From positions 9,982,001 through 10,046,000 of the forward strand of contig CM069174.1 in assembly GCA_035221665.1 (NCBI GenBank): DNA of 64,000 nucleotides, in the 5' to 3' direction. Positions within the stretch are counted from its first letter, which is position 1; every line of letters starts with the position of its first letter. Positions 24,278 through 37,900 of the stretch are shown here, piece after piece. The DNA comes from Okamejei kenojei (lineage: Eukaryota). A model generated the notes under the pieces. It had not been told where the DNA came from, ran no database searches, and saw only the letters and a program-made list of their open reading frames with translations. Both the position numbers and the translations under genes were made by a program.

Positions 24278-24879
24278 TTCTTCAACACCAACATTAGCTT
24301 ACAGATTGATGGTTCTCCTGAAACAAAGGTAGCATTTGAAGATAAATGTTGATTGAGCACCTACAGCCGATGCCAGATTGGGGTTAGGTGTATAAATACA
24401 ATCCTCAGCAAATTGTCCTTGATTAGGGCCAGGTATATAAAGACCATCTTCATTCTAATTCACATTCTGCCTGGATTTAGATGCACTGAACAGGCATCTA
24501 GACACTGAAGCACGTACAAGGGGACCCCAACACGCACTAACAACCCCCCCCCCTTCCCTTCTGGTATAAATAAGAGAGACCCCTTGCAAAGGAACAAATC
24601 CCTTCTCACCTCATTCCAATTTTACATCAGCATTCTGGCACACAGCTACAAAATCTTACTCCTAATGAAGGATAGACATTGAAAGCAACACAGGGGTGAG
24701 TAAATGATCACTTCAGCTGTGATGTGAATGAGACCCAACAGTGCAGTGCATTCTGTCTACAAGTTACTCTGCAATAGAAAAGTTTTTCACGACCTCGGTA
24801 CACGTGACAATAATAAACCATTAGCAATTTGTCAGGACTTTCCTCTCCTCCCCTCCCCCACCCTGAAGGACAAGACAAA

Positions 24880-25095
24880 CAGGTACAGAAAAACAGCATA
24901 GCCTGCAGGTTCCCTTCCAAGTTGCACTCCGTCCTTACTTGGAAATATAATCATGGTTATTTCAAAGTTCCTGGGTCTAAATGCTGGAACTCCTTCCACA
25001 ACAGCACTGTGGGAGCATCTTCATCAGGGGAACTGCAGCAGTTCAAAACGGCAGCTCACCCCACCTTCTCAAGGGCAATTGGGAATGGGTAACAC
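24880..25095 (+). mobile_element. CR1/L2-type LINE 3' fragment (same family at ~34265-34560 minus, ~47040-47230 minus, ~53500-54220 plus)
   Basis: tggaactcc...aacagcactgtggg...gcagttcaa..cggcagctcacc..accttctcaagggcaatt. Confidence 0.5.
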
Positions 25096-25744
25096 TTGGC
25101 AGGGGAAGAAAATATAAATGGGTTTATGAGTGGTAAGTGAAAATATGAAGCAAAGTATTACTACAGAAGAAGCCAACTCAGCCAGCGTAACTATGCATGA
25201 AGCCAAGAGATCTGGAGGTATCTGGAGCTTCAAATATCTGTGCAAACCAAACTGTCAGCCTCTGGTCATTGTGGACCTTGAACACTGGGCCTTGTTTTGG
25301 TCAGATCAGAAAGTGCTAAATTATTGGAGCATTTTTGAGAATGGCTGCAAGAACCAAGAACGTACATGTAAGTTTAAGAGCAAGAGGTGAAAAGGCATTC
25401 AGCGATTTCACTGTCAGCAACAAGATGATCTTCCAAAACCTACAAACCAGCAAACCCACAGCATCTCAAACCTCTTCTCCCTGTGCCCTTTTGACTTGTT
25501 GAACTATAGATGAGAAGCTCAGCCACCATTTTGCTCTCAGTAGAATGGGAAAGGGATTACATTTTAAGTATTATTTTGTATCACTAAATACTCACCTCAC
25601 CTTCACTAAGAGTATTGTTTTTGGAAGGGATTGGTAATGGTGAAACAATTCAGGTACACAGACTAAAGAATGGTGTACAGAACAGATACTGTGCAGGATA
25701 AGAATGCTACTGCTATTAAGAAGCTATAAAAGTCATCAATGTGC

Positions 25745-26510
25745 ACAACCCAGTTCCTGTGACAAATGGTGTGTTTCAGGGTTCAGTGATGGGCCTATTG
25801 TTGTACGTCATCAATATCAATGATTTGGATGAGAACATACAAGGCATTATTAGCAAGTTTGCAGATGACACTAAAGTGGGTGGCATTGAAAATAGTGAAG
25901 ATGGTTGCCAAAAATTACAGCAGGATCATGATCGATTGGCCAGGTGGGCTGAGGAATGGTTGATGGAATTCAATGCAGAGATGTGCGAGGTGTTGCATTT
26001 TGGGAAGTCTAACGAGGCCGGACATACACCGTGAACGGCAAGACTCTGGGGAGTGTTGTAGAGCAGAGGGATCAAGGAGTGCAGGTACATAGTTCCTTGA
26101 AAGTGGCATCACAGGTAGATAGGGTGGTCAAGAAGTTTTTGGCCTTCATCAGTTTGAGCATTGAGTATAGACGTTGGGAGGTCATGTTACAGTTGTACAA
26201 GACATTGGTGAGGCCACATTTCGAGTGTTGTGCTCAGTTTTGGTCACCTTGTTATAGGATATAAGTTATTAAGTTGGAAAGGGCGGAGAAGATTTACGAG
26301 GATGTTGTCAGGACCCGAGGGCCTGAGCTAAGAGGTTGAGTAGACTATGATTTTATTCCTTGGAGCGCAGGAAGTTGAGGGGTCATCTTATAGAGGTGTA
26401 TAAAATCATGAGTGGAATAGATATGGTAAATGTACTTTTATCCAGAAATCAAGAACCAGAGGTGTGGAAAGTTGGGCCAAAGGGCCTGTTCCCACGCGGT
26501 ATGACTCTAT
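25745..26510 (+). mobile_element. CR1-clade LINE RT/3' fragment
   Basis: VTNGVFQGSVMG..INDLDENIQGIISKFADDTKVGG; LYKTLVRPHFECCAQFWSP; tail atgactctat. Confidence 0.85.
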
Positions 26511-27672
26511 AACAAAGTTTCAACAGGCAAATATTTCCCTCAACTAGTCAAATCAGAAATGACAAGAAAATAAATTAATTGTAATATGAATATTCTAAAC
26601 ACCGTCTCACCCAGAAAACAAGCAGTTTTGAAGTACTTTGTAGATTCTAACTTGGGCATTTCGTATAGAAGCAGATTTGAGAGTGGGAAGCGAGCACGCA
26701 AGTGTGCATATTACCAGGTTCTCTGAATAAAACCCAATTCAAAAGGTGGCACTCTCTACGTTGAAAAAGTGTTCACAGACAGAATAAAGGTACCCTTCAT
26801 CAAATACACAAAATTGTCCAAACACATTACAGTATTAAAATTAATTTCATATCAGTGGCACCCCACCCCAAACAAAATTGGCAAAAAAATATTTATGAAG
26901 TGAATGCCTCTTAATTATGCAATGGGGGAAACAAATAGTGATTAGGAAGAGAGGCAAGATTTAAGGTGACAGGTGTAAGACAAGGTATTTCTGTACAGCC
27001 TCAGGTGCAGCCAATGTACAGGTGACTGGATTCTGGATCCATTAAGCAAACAGTTCACTGTTGTGGGCTGGGTAGTGCAGTATATTCCATGCGGCCTCTT
27101 TGTGCCTCAGAAGGTTTCCATCCAAGATTACGAGGTGTTCCCTTTGGAGGAAATTAACCAATAAAGTTACTCAGATCTGCCCAGGAGCCAAGAACAATGG
27201 CAGCTCAGTCAGAGGAATACCAGACTTCACCGATGCTGGAGGTGGCTTGAAATGCAATGCAAAATTAATCTGAAGCATTCCCTCTACCGATGTCAATCAC
27301 TGCTCTACTGTGCATGTGTGAGAAAGGGCATACAGCCTTGTGGGGAAAAAGAATACATGTCTTTTTTTTATAGATAATAGAGAATATGTCACAGTTGATT
27401 CAACCACAAGATCTCAATAACCAGGCTGTGGCAGCCTACAATTGTCTCCTACCTCCAGCCTTTCGGGTGGCAAGAAAGGGGCAAGTTTCTTTTTAAATCC
27501 AGATTGAATGAACCTTCCACTTCTTTAAAAAAGCCCCAACTTCAATCTTCTGCTACTTTAAAAAAAAAAGGTTTTGTGTTGTACTTAAAAAAACATCCTA
27601 AATAAATAGACATTTAAATCCGCAAAAAGCTACAAGCAATTGTGCAAACTAGCTACAGAATACAGAAATGGA

Positions 27673-28650
27673 TTACAGAGTTACTGGGTTTGCTGCTGGG
27701 ACATCCTCTGGGGTCTTCAGACCTTCAGACTGGCAAAACATCTTCTGCACAGCCGGCTCAGCTGCACAAAGGTCACCCTCAGAAGCCCTGAGGCAGCCAC
27801 CTTGAAGGTTTGAATTGAATTGGGGCTCCTGCTTAGGATTTTCAGTGTGCACAGTAGTACCATAATTGACTAATGCAGCACTGTCATCCACCGAAGGAAA
27901 TTGGATGTTCTGATATTTAGAGGTCCCTGTGTTTTGAGAAAAGTGCTCAGTGACAGGCACATATGATGCCAATGAACCACTGGTAGCAGCAACCACATTT
28001 TCTACAGTGGTTTTCTTTGGGTAATCGGATTCTAAAGCCGCTTCCACATAATCACCCTCCCTATCGTTGCAGTTCACACCTACAGCACAGCTCGGGTTTA
28101 TTTGATAATACAACACAGTGGAATTTCTTAAATACGTCTGTTCCTCAGGCGTCGGGTTATCCTGAACAGCACTGTCAGCAAAACACAACACAGGAGAAAC
28201 AGGAGTCACTTCTGCTTCGATCACAACTGGCGTCGCTAGGCCTTGGCACGCTTCACTGGCGCTAGCTACTGTATCTCCTAATATACAAACTTCTAGGCTT
28301 TCTACACTGGTATCCATGGTTACACTAGAACTGGTTAAATCAGCCTCTTCCTCCTTTTTCCTGTCCATCTCCTCAGCAGACTGTAAGTGCATCACTGCAG
28401 TCTCGTTCTCCAAGTCGTAATTCTCTGCAGCAAAATCCTGGTAGTCCTGCGTTTCCGTGTGGCTGCCGCTGGAGGCATGGGTGACGGCCAGCGACAGCTG
28501 CTGCAGGTCCTGCTGCTTGTTCTCCAGTTCTAGCTTCATGATGGTGTGCAGGTAGTGAGTCCGGACGCGGATGGGGTTAAATTCAATCCGGCCAGCCACG
28601 TTGGCGCAGCCATCTTTAGAGCAGCCACATGGAAAGGACATCCTGTCCAC
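27673..28650 (-). CDS. CSRNP2: CSRNP2 last coding exon
   Basis: cttaag| [15 protein letters not shown]...ANPVTL then TAA; open for 326 codons. Confidence 0.95.
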   Translation of the reverse strand: MDRMSFPCGCSKDGCANVAGRIEFNPIRVRTHYLHTIMKLELENKQQDLQQLSLAVTHASSGSHTETQDYQDFAAENYDLENETAVMHLQSAEEMDRKKEEEADLTSSSVTMDTSVESLEVCILGDTVASASEACQGLATPVVIEAEVTPVSPVLCFADSAVQDNPTPEEQTYLRNSTVLYYQINPSCAVGVNCNDREGDYVEAALESDYPKKTTVENVVAATSGSLASYVPVTEHFSQNTGTSKYQNIQFPSVDDSAALVNYGTTVHTENPKQEPQFNSNLQGGCLRASEGDLCAAEPAVQKMFCQSEGLKTPEDVPAANPVTL

Positions 28651-28894
28651 CTTAAGGACAAGAGACTGGTGTTAATACAGTTCAGAGGAACAACTGCTAG
28701 TCGTTAAAGACTGTTGTGTCACACCACAAACGTAGCCCTTCTCAGTGTGGGAGGGCCAGCCCACAGTCCTTCGCATCGAGTCAGCCAGGACTCTGTGAGC
28801 AGCACCCTTGTCCCCGAGGCTGAAGGTTGTGGGCTCACGTCTCACTTGAGAGGCTGGAGCAAGAATTCCAGGCTGAAATATCCAATACAGTGTT

Positions 28895-28948
<54 letters not shown>

Positions 28949-31900
28949 CGGAGTGCCGCACTGTCAGAGGGTCCATCATTCAGATGTTCAGCCAAAGGCC
29001 TGTCAGTCCTGGAGTGGGAATAAAAGATCCCACGACATTATTCAAAAAGGACATGGTGTCCTTGGATGCAGCATTACTTAAGCACATTACCTGGCCCTGC
29101 CCTTACTGCCTTCCTCTGAGAGATCACTTAGTGCTATTTGCCTGCCATTTTTTTACTGCAACTGTGACAACATTTCAAAGAAAAGCTTCATCGGTTGTGA
29201 AGTGGTTGTGGACATTCTGAAAGGGGCTGTGAAAATGCAGGCCCTACCACCTCCATGAAATTTGGAGAGCCTACATTTGCTGAATTACATCCAAACATTA
29301 CCAACATGTCAGCTCAGACATTGTAGTTAAAACTGGAGATAAAACCTCTCCCAAGAACCAAATATTGGGGGGTTCCAGTCGGGTACAGGCATTTAATCCA
29401 GGACGACATCCTCCAAGCAGGAAACCCATGGGCGCAGGATGCATGTACATTGTAAGTTCACAAGTTCAAGGAGCAGAATTAGGGCATTCCGCCATTTAAT
29501 CATGGCTGATCTATCTTCCCCTCTCAACCCCATTCTCCCGTCTTCCCCCCATATCCCCTGGCACCTGTACTAATCCTCTTCAAATTATCTAACAGCCAGG
29601 CAACCACTTCAATCAGTGTCACAAAAGGATGGGCAGGGCTAATTCTTGTCACCCAGGATAGGTTGCTGCCAGCACTCTCCAGCTGCCACCAGACTGCATT
29701 GGAAGCAAGTTTTGCCTGATAGAAGTTGGGATGACCATCTCCAACAACCTCACACACCTTTTCGACCACAACTCAAGGAAGAAGGGTCTTGACCCGAAAG
29801 GTCACCCATTCCTTCTCTCCAGAGATACTGCCTGTCCCACTGAGTTACTCCAGCATTTTGTGTCTATCTTCGGTGTAAACCAGCATCTGCAGTTCCTTCC
29901 TACAGATAACTCACGCAATAGTCTTCACATATGTCGCCATATTTGTCTCCTATTGTCTATTTACACAGATATCATAACTGATTCTAACATTTAATCAGCT
30001 AACAACATAATATAACGCATATGAGGCAGAGGAAATAGAGAATCACACTGATGGATTTGAATGGTGAATTAGCTCAGACAGGATGCCAAAGATTTGAAAA
30101 TTGTGTCAAGTTTCTCCTCATCTGTGTTAGCTTTATACTCTGACCCCTGGTTTAAGACTCTGCATCGAGCAGAATGTGTCTTTTAAATTCCAATGAGTTT
30201 ACACCAATCTTTCTCCTCGTGGGCAATCCTTCATCTAAGGAACCGATCCAGTGAATTAATGCTGCACTGACTCCAAAGCAGGCATGTCCTTCCTTCAGCT
30301 TGAGACTGCAGACATTAGTCGAAATGTAATCCCACCAAAGCCCTATGCAACCTCAGCAAATATCTTTGCACTTCTCTATCCATCCCCTCTTGCAATAAAG
30401 GTGAACGCACCATTTGCCCCTAATTGTTCTCCACACCTACATGTTTATGTGCGTCATCTTGTGAACCAGCTGAGGGCAGGACCCAGCATGGTGGGACAGC
30501 CTACTCATGTTCACTTGTTGTGAGTTCATGGAGGATCGACGAGCCAATGACCTGGATAGGAAACCCTCATCCACACAAGGGTCAGGGAGCGCCAAATTGG
30601 CAAATTTCAAGACCAGTCAGCTGCCAGGTTTCAATTGGCTGTAGTGACGTCTGCCTTGTCAGGATCTCTTGAAGAGGAGAGAATTCATAGTTACACCCAC
30701 TTTAAAGGAGTCTAGAATGAGTAATGTCACGATTCTCTCTGACCAGAGTCTCGAAGCAGGGGCTCCCGTGTGAGAAGGGGCTGCCAATTTAGTCACGAGA
30801 CAATCATTTTCAGAAATCTTTGGAATTCTCCCCACCGGTGGATCTCAGCTACCAAGCAGTTGGAAGGCGAGGGTGGCTGAAAATTCAGAATCGAGAGATC
30901 AGGCAAGAAAGTCGACACCAAGTAATGGAACAGTCTTGAAGGCCTTGTCTTGGTCTGATTTTATGGACTTAATTACAGAGAAACCCAGTAATTTCATGTC
31001 AGAAACATAATGCAAGGGACACAGATATTTGATCAATCCTTGGTCTCCTCCACCACCAGAGTGAGGCCACATGCAAACTGTAAGACCAATGCCTCATATT
31101 CCACCTCGGTAAGCTGTACCACCCACCCCCCCCCCCCCCCCCCCCCTCTCCACGCACCAAAATACTTTATTTCCATTTCCCTGCCCACGTCATCCAGTTC
31201 ATTTCCTTTCCTCCACCTGCTGATCTCCAAGTCCTCCCTGCTCCTTTCCACCCAACTCTTTCTTCCACCAAACTCATCCCCACCATCCCTCCCTGTCATT
31301 CTACTCTTCACACCTCGCCCTCCTTATCAGATTCCACCATTTGGACCCTTTTGTCTTCTCCACTTATCTCCTCCAGCCTTGGTAACTATCTCCACCCAAC
31401 TCATCGGCCAATCAACCTCTCTCCTCATCTGGATTCACCTACCACTCGCCAGCGTTCACCTCACTCCTTGCCCTCACCTCTCGCGACCAGCTTTCTCCCC
31501 CCCCTACTCCATCAGTCTGAAGATGGGTCCTGACCTGAAATGTCCTCTGCCCATTCCTTCCACCAAATCCCTCCAGCTCTCCACCCTCAGTTTTTTTGCT
31601 TGGGATTTTTATCCTGCTGGTGTTGAGGTGAACATGGACATTCAATAGCTTGCATCTACCAACTCCATCCCATCTATTTTAAATCTGCACTGTATTATTA
31701 AGAATTTATAATCCGCTCCCATAGCATCAGGCATGTTAAAAAAACAAAATAAATCACACAAAATGTTTGCACAAAAAATAAAAGCCATTTTGCTCTCCTG
31801 GAGTTGTACAAAAGTCATTCCTATTGGCCAGAAACTTAGACCTTACCTGGCACTTGATTCCCGCTTTGCTACAGGGGCACACCTCGGGGTCACAGTAAAA

Positions 31901-34900
31901 CCTACAGTCACACCCGCATTCCTCCCTGGATGAGCGAATGGCCCGTAGCTCGTGCTTTTCCTCCGTATCAATCCTGTTGACGCCCGATGCACGTAACAAA
32001 GCTCTTCGCCTTTTTGTGGGTAGTGGTTGTAAAAAGAAATAGTCATCTACCTCAATACTGTCCACATCAATGTCATCATCGGAAACGTCATCAATGGTGA
32101 GTACATTGGCCTCTTCCGACTCAACCATACCGTTCTTGGTCAACTGTTGGGGAAAAGATTAGAGTGATTTAAGTCCAGGTGCCTGTGCTGCAAGTACCTA
32201 GACTTGCGTGGCAAGACAGCCACTCAATATTGCTGTGTGATTGACTAAGATCATGGGTGATCCTGTACTTCTCTGCCACCAAGAGAAGTACAGTCTGACA
32301 ATTCCCTGCCGAAAGGATCCGTCAGATTCAGCCTTGAATGTACTGAACAAAAGGCTGTATGGGGGTGGAAGTGAATCCCAGAGGATCACAACCTTCTGCA
32401 CAAAGGAATATCTCCTCAACTTCGCCTTGAACAGGTGGTCCCTCAATCCTCACTGCTGGATTTACTCTCCAGTGTGAAGAAACAGCCTTGGTACCAACCC
32501 TGTCATTTGGCATCATTACACATCAGTGCAGTACCTTCACCTGCCCAGGTCACCCCTTTGTGCCAACTCTGGCTCAAGGCATTCACGGAGGCTTGGTCAC
32601 TTCTCTTTCCTGCAACTGCTCTACCCTTCAGGCTTTGTGGTAGGGCAATCAATCTGAAGGAGGGTCCAAACCCGACCTGTAACGTCACCTGTACATGTTA
32701 TCCAGAGATGCTGCCTGACCCGCAGAGTTACTCCAGCACTTTGTCTCTCTATTTTGTAAACTAGCATCTCCAGTTCCTTGTTTCCCCATTTCCAAGGAGA
32801 GGTGTTTGACAGCTCTTGATATGGGTTGCTGGATGGAATCTTTGATACAAGGACAACAAAATGGTGGCACCATAGCAATCTCCACAAGCAGTGCCATTCC
32901 TCCACAATGCTTGCATTATCTCTCGATGTGTGGAAGGGGAGGTGGGAGGAAGATCAATCAACTTCATCTGTGGCCCCAAGGGTGTCCACATTGCACTGGA
33001 AGGTATCTGTGCAAATCTTGTAAATCAAGTTTGAGATTACTTCATCCTTAAACCCATAGCCCTTAACATGACCTTTGTTTAGGACAGAAAGCAGGAATAC
33101 AAGGCGAGGTTACAATGTTTATTATAAAATGCTAATAAAACAAATTTTCCTCATTTGAGAAAAGTACACAAAGGTAGTAAGAGGCTTTTTCAATGTCTCC
33201 ATAAAATGCTGAAAAACCATTTCAGAGATATCCAGTGAAAAGTGCGCATGAACTCTTTCAGGTTGGTAAAGTAGTCACTGTTTTGCCATCGTCAGCCTAA
33301 TCACTAAACGGGGCCACGGCCTGCAGGAAGAAAACCAATAGAAAAAGACAATTACTCAAATGACGATGCAAATGTGCTAAACTTTCACTAAGTTTAGTGA
33401 AATATGCTAAACTTTCACTAAAGAGTATCCGTTTTCATGGACCCCCATGGTTCATCTAAGTGATTCATAATGGTGTGCGGCCAAAGAGCCCAGTCACCGG
33501 AGGTAGGCTTCTCTGGGCCAGTTACAATATTCCAATGTCACAGGGAGAGCGCGGCCTGGCAACGTTCAGTCTTGCTTGTGGCGTGGGGTAATTTGTAACA
33601 GGTTATGCAAGTAGCCATGGTGGAGCATCATCACAAGGAAACAACGTGCACAAGGGCAGAGCATGCCGATCTGCACCGAACAGCTCATATATACGCACAC
33701 ATCCACTCAATGGTGAGCTGGCAGAGTGCTGTGGGTGAAGTGCAAGTAGCAACACATAGGGGCTTCACCATGGAGACTACAGTGAGTGAACAAGCCATTT
33801 GTCACAGTCCAGCAGTTTCCATGATGTGTCAATCTATAATTATCCCCAACATCATCACTTGGATTCTAAACTGAGCAGTTATTCGGATTTATTTGTATTT
33901 ATAAACAGGATTCACTCCACGCGATCTCATGCGAGGATGAGCCTCAGTTCCCCATTTCCACTGTCCCATTAGGGCAGGGGTCAAGGGAGGGCTGGGGAGA
34001 AGATCCTTTAGACTTGTGGATTCATTTGAGAAGGATGAATATTGGAGCACGTCTCTGCTTAGATTGCACTCCTTCCAAACATTAAATAAACAGATTCCAT
34101 CTGAAGCCCATTTCTAAGACCACCATTCTGAGCCATTGTCTCTTCCTCCCACCTATCATGTCCCCTCTCTCTTCCCCCCCCCTTTCACTGCCAAATAAGA
34201 AGGGTTTTTATTTAAACAAAAACAATTTTGAACACCTTCCATGTTCAGAACTTTGTCTTGTCTTTTAATTTGTTGTTTTCGATCTGGGTATCACTGGCAA
34301 GGTCAACATTTAGTGCCATCCCTAACTGCCCTTGAGAAGTTGGGGGTGAGCCACCACCTTGAACTGTTGCCGTCCTTCTGGTGAAGGTGCTGTTTGCTGT
34401 TGGGGAAGAGTGTTCCAGAAGTCAGATCAAGTGACAAGGAATAGCTAAGATTACATTTACTGGTTGGGATGGCAGGCAACTTGGAGGGGGAATCTCCCGG
34501 CGATGGTGTACCATGTACCTGCTGCCCTCGACCTCGGGATAGTTAGCATGACTGTGGGGAAGGTCCTGTCTCCCAAATTTAATATAGGAAGTGAAGATGA
34601 TTGACAAGGGTAGGGTAGTGAATGTTGCCTACAATTTGCTTGAGCAGGGGGCATCAGGTTTTGATAGGTCTCTGTACCAAACTAAATGTATTGGAAACAT
34701 TAATAACTAAACCACAGCAACAAGAGCTGACCCGTCTCTTAGGGCACCAGCAATTCAAGAGCAGCCTTGAGCATTACCTTGAGAGACAATGATAACAAGG
34801 CTTTACATTGAATTGGCCCTGAAACTGCAGATTGGAACGAGCAATTCTATAGGAGAGAAAAATAAAGTTGATGACTTGATGAGGTGGAAATTAAATGCTA

Positions 34901-37900
34901 AAGACATTATATTTATCTCAAAGAACACTCTCCTTGGAAAATACTAGTTACTGATACAATTTGGTGCAGTGTGCTTCTTCAGCACACATGGCCATGGGAA
35001 GCTTATTGAAAGGTTTTTGCTTGTTATAATTTTACAAACAATTGTTTTACTCCATATCTCAGAATGCATTTCTCCCATGTAAGTTAAATGATATAAACAC
35101 ACATAAATGCTCTGAAAATCAGGGCTGCGGTGGTGGACTGAGAACATGCACACAAACGTCCAATTACTATTTGCTCTCTGCACCCGGGTGCTGGCACGAA
35201 CTACGGAGGGAGGTTGAAATTTATGACATTAAAAGCAAGAATTTCATTGTCCTATCTGGGACACACGAAAATAAACTCTCTTGACTCTACCTTTCAAGTT
35301 TTATTCACACCTTTGTTTTACAACAATGCATTTGCTCTTTCTAAAAATAATGGAACAGCGAGGCAGTTCACATGAGAACATAATTCCCCCCCATAAACCA
35401 CCCACAGCAGGGCTGGGGGGTAACTCGCTTCAATTCAGCTGCCATTCGTGTGCTAGAATGTTCGCTGGGGTGAAGGGGATGACTTTTGAGCAGCAATTGA
35501 ACAGCTGGTCCTATGCTCACAGGAGTTTAAAAGAACGAGAGATGATTTGAGGGGGCTTAACAGTGTGGATACTGAGAGGACGTTTCCCCTTGTGGAAGAA
35601 GTTAACACGAGAAGCACAATAAGGGGTTATCTAATTAAGACAGAGAAGAGGTGGAATTCTTTATATTGAAGGACATGAATCTTCTCTCCTCTGGAGAACT
35701 GTGAAGGAGTTTTTAAAAAGACATTTGGACAGATATATGGATAGGAGGGGTTTAGAGGGCCATGGGCCGAATGCAGCAAACGGGACTAACTTGGTCAGCA
35801 TGCACAAGGTGGGCCAAAGGGCCATTTTTGTGCTGTATAGCCCTATGATTATGGTAGACCAGTTCTTATGTTACTTCTCTGTGAGAGTTGACTCTCTTCC
35901 TCTTAATTAATCCCAAAGCTTTCCTGGGGTTTCCCACCAGAGGCGTTGGTCTCAGTTGTGTCTTGCTCCTCCACTGGACCCTCCCACTCCCCTTTTCCAC
36001 GAGTTGTTAAACCGAGGGGCCTCTTCCTCTATGCCTTGGGTTTACACAAGATTCCTAAAGGCACTATTCTGAAGCAGGGTTTAAGAAGGAACTGCAGATG
36101 CTGGAAAATCGAAGGTAGACAAAAATGCTGGAGAAACTCAGCGGGTGAGGCAGCATCTATGGAGCGAAGGAAATGGAGCAAAATTTCCTTCACTCCATAG
36201 ATGCTGCCTCACCCGCTGAGTTTCTCCAGCATTTTTGTCTACATTCTGAAGAAGGGTGGGAGGCTGCTTCTCTTGGCTTTCTCGTTTGAGGGAATCAAGG
36301 GAAATTTCTACACCCCGAGTCACTCGGGAACGGGGCATGTCGTGAACTCGGACTGGGCTGACGAAAACATAAATCCTGAAGAAGGATCATAACCTGAAAT
36401 ATCATGTCCATTTCTCTCCACAGATACTGCCTGGCCCACCATGTTCCTCTCGCGCTGCGTTTTACTCAAGATCCCAGCATCTGCAGTTTCTTGTGTCACC
36501 ATCTCTCCTTAAAAGGCTGTGCAAACATCAAGGAACTCTGAGCAACAGAGGAGGCCTTGCCAGACACCAAGATTTTCAGACACCTTTCTGAAAAGCTAGA
36601 GCTTGCACTGTCATGCAAAGAGTTTCTCATTTGTGCAGTCATTTGAGTAAAGGCACACTGAGCACGTACCAACAAACAGAGTGCGAGACACCGCCGCTGT
36701 GATGTGACAATGTGTTAATAAACTCTGCTCCTCCAATTATATCACAAAGCAATTAACCCAAGCGACTGCCACCATGTTCCACCTGCTGCATGCAATTGGA
36801 ACACTTTGTTCAGCACATGTAGCAACAATACTGAAAAGAACAGGCAGGTCTTCAAACAAATTATGGGCAGACCAAAAAGTGGGGCAACAAATGGTCATGG
36901 ACAGACTTGCCAAGTTCTTAATGAAAATTGTCGAAAGAGCCTTGTGTATAATACTCAACTCTGAGCTTTTGCCGAGTCATAATCATAGTCTCTCAAATTC
37001 ATTTATATTTGACTAGTGAAATCAACCATGGAATGTAAAGAGGGAGAAAGGTGACAGGGCTCCAGCAATATCTATTCACACCTTCCTCCACCAATTACAT
37101 ACCATCGCCTCAAAATTGTACACCCACCAAAGCCTGAGAGAAAATGCTGGCAGCACACGGCAGAGGGAGGTGTCATCACAAGACATGGTTGAGGGCTGTG
37201 GTGCCCTGTTTGGGAGCAGTTACGACTCACTCTGTACTGAATCTCTGAAGTTCATTCCAAGCAAAGGCGTGTAGATGAATGCACTCAGCAGAGACCAACC
37301 TACTACAATAAGGTCAGTTCATAGCAACATAAACAAGCAGAATTCGACACCCAGCACACCCTTCTCTTTGTCATGTGCATCAGATGACCTCCTGAGTCCT
37401 ACATCAGAGTCAGGAGGTCTTATATCCAAATCCTGTTTCAGAAACATGAACACAAAAGTTAAGACCAACATTAAAGAGTTGCCAATGGAGTGATGCCCTG
37501 CGGGACGTGTGGGGCCAGGGGAGCTGTATTTTTGGCAGTTGCATTTTTGTGATGAAGTATAAAAAACACAGCCCATTTCTCCATCACGACTCCTCTATAT
37601 GGACATACAATTTCCTTTGGAACAATGTTAGAGATGACAATTTTAATCCTTAAATCAACATTCCTAAAGTAGCTGGTCGAAATAAAGAGCACTTGCATTC
37701 AATTAAGCATAGTTTGAGCATCAAATATTCACAATGGACAGTGCTGAGGTTTCACGCTGATTGGACATTAATGAATATTTGTCAAAGGAATCTTACGAAT
37801 TCTGCAAGGGTCACTATCTAATCCAATATAATTCATATAAATCGCTTTAAAAAAAATTACTTGCAAGTTACTCCAGTGGAATTTATATTGGAGAAAATTT

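Noticed and set aside
28672-29220. Poly-Gly/poly-Pro ORFs
   Set aside because: Artefacts of the intronic poly-G run.
31010-31648. 212-aa Pro/Ser/Leu-rich ORF
   Set aside because: Translation of the pyrimidine-rich PLE pLTR region in a non-coding frame.
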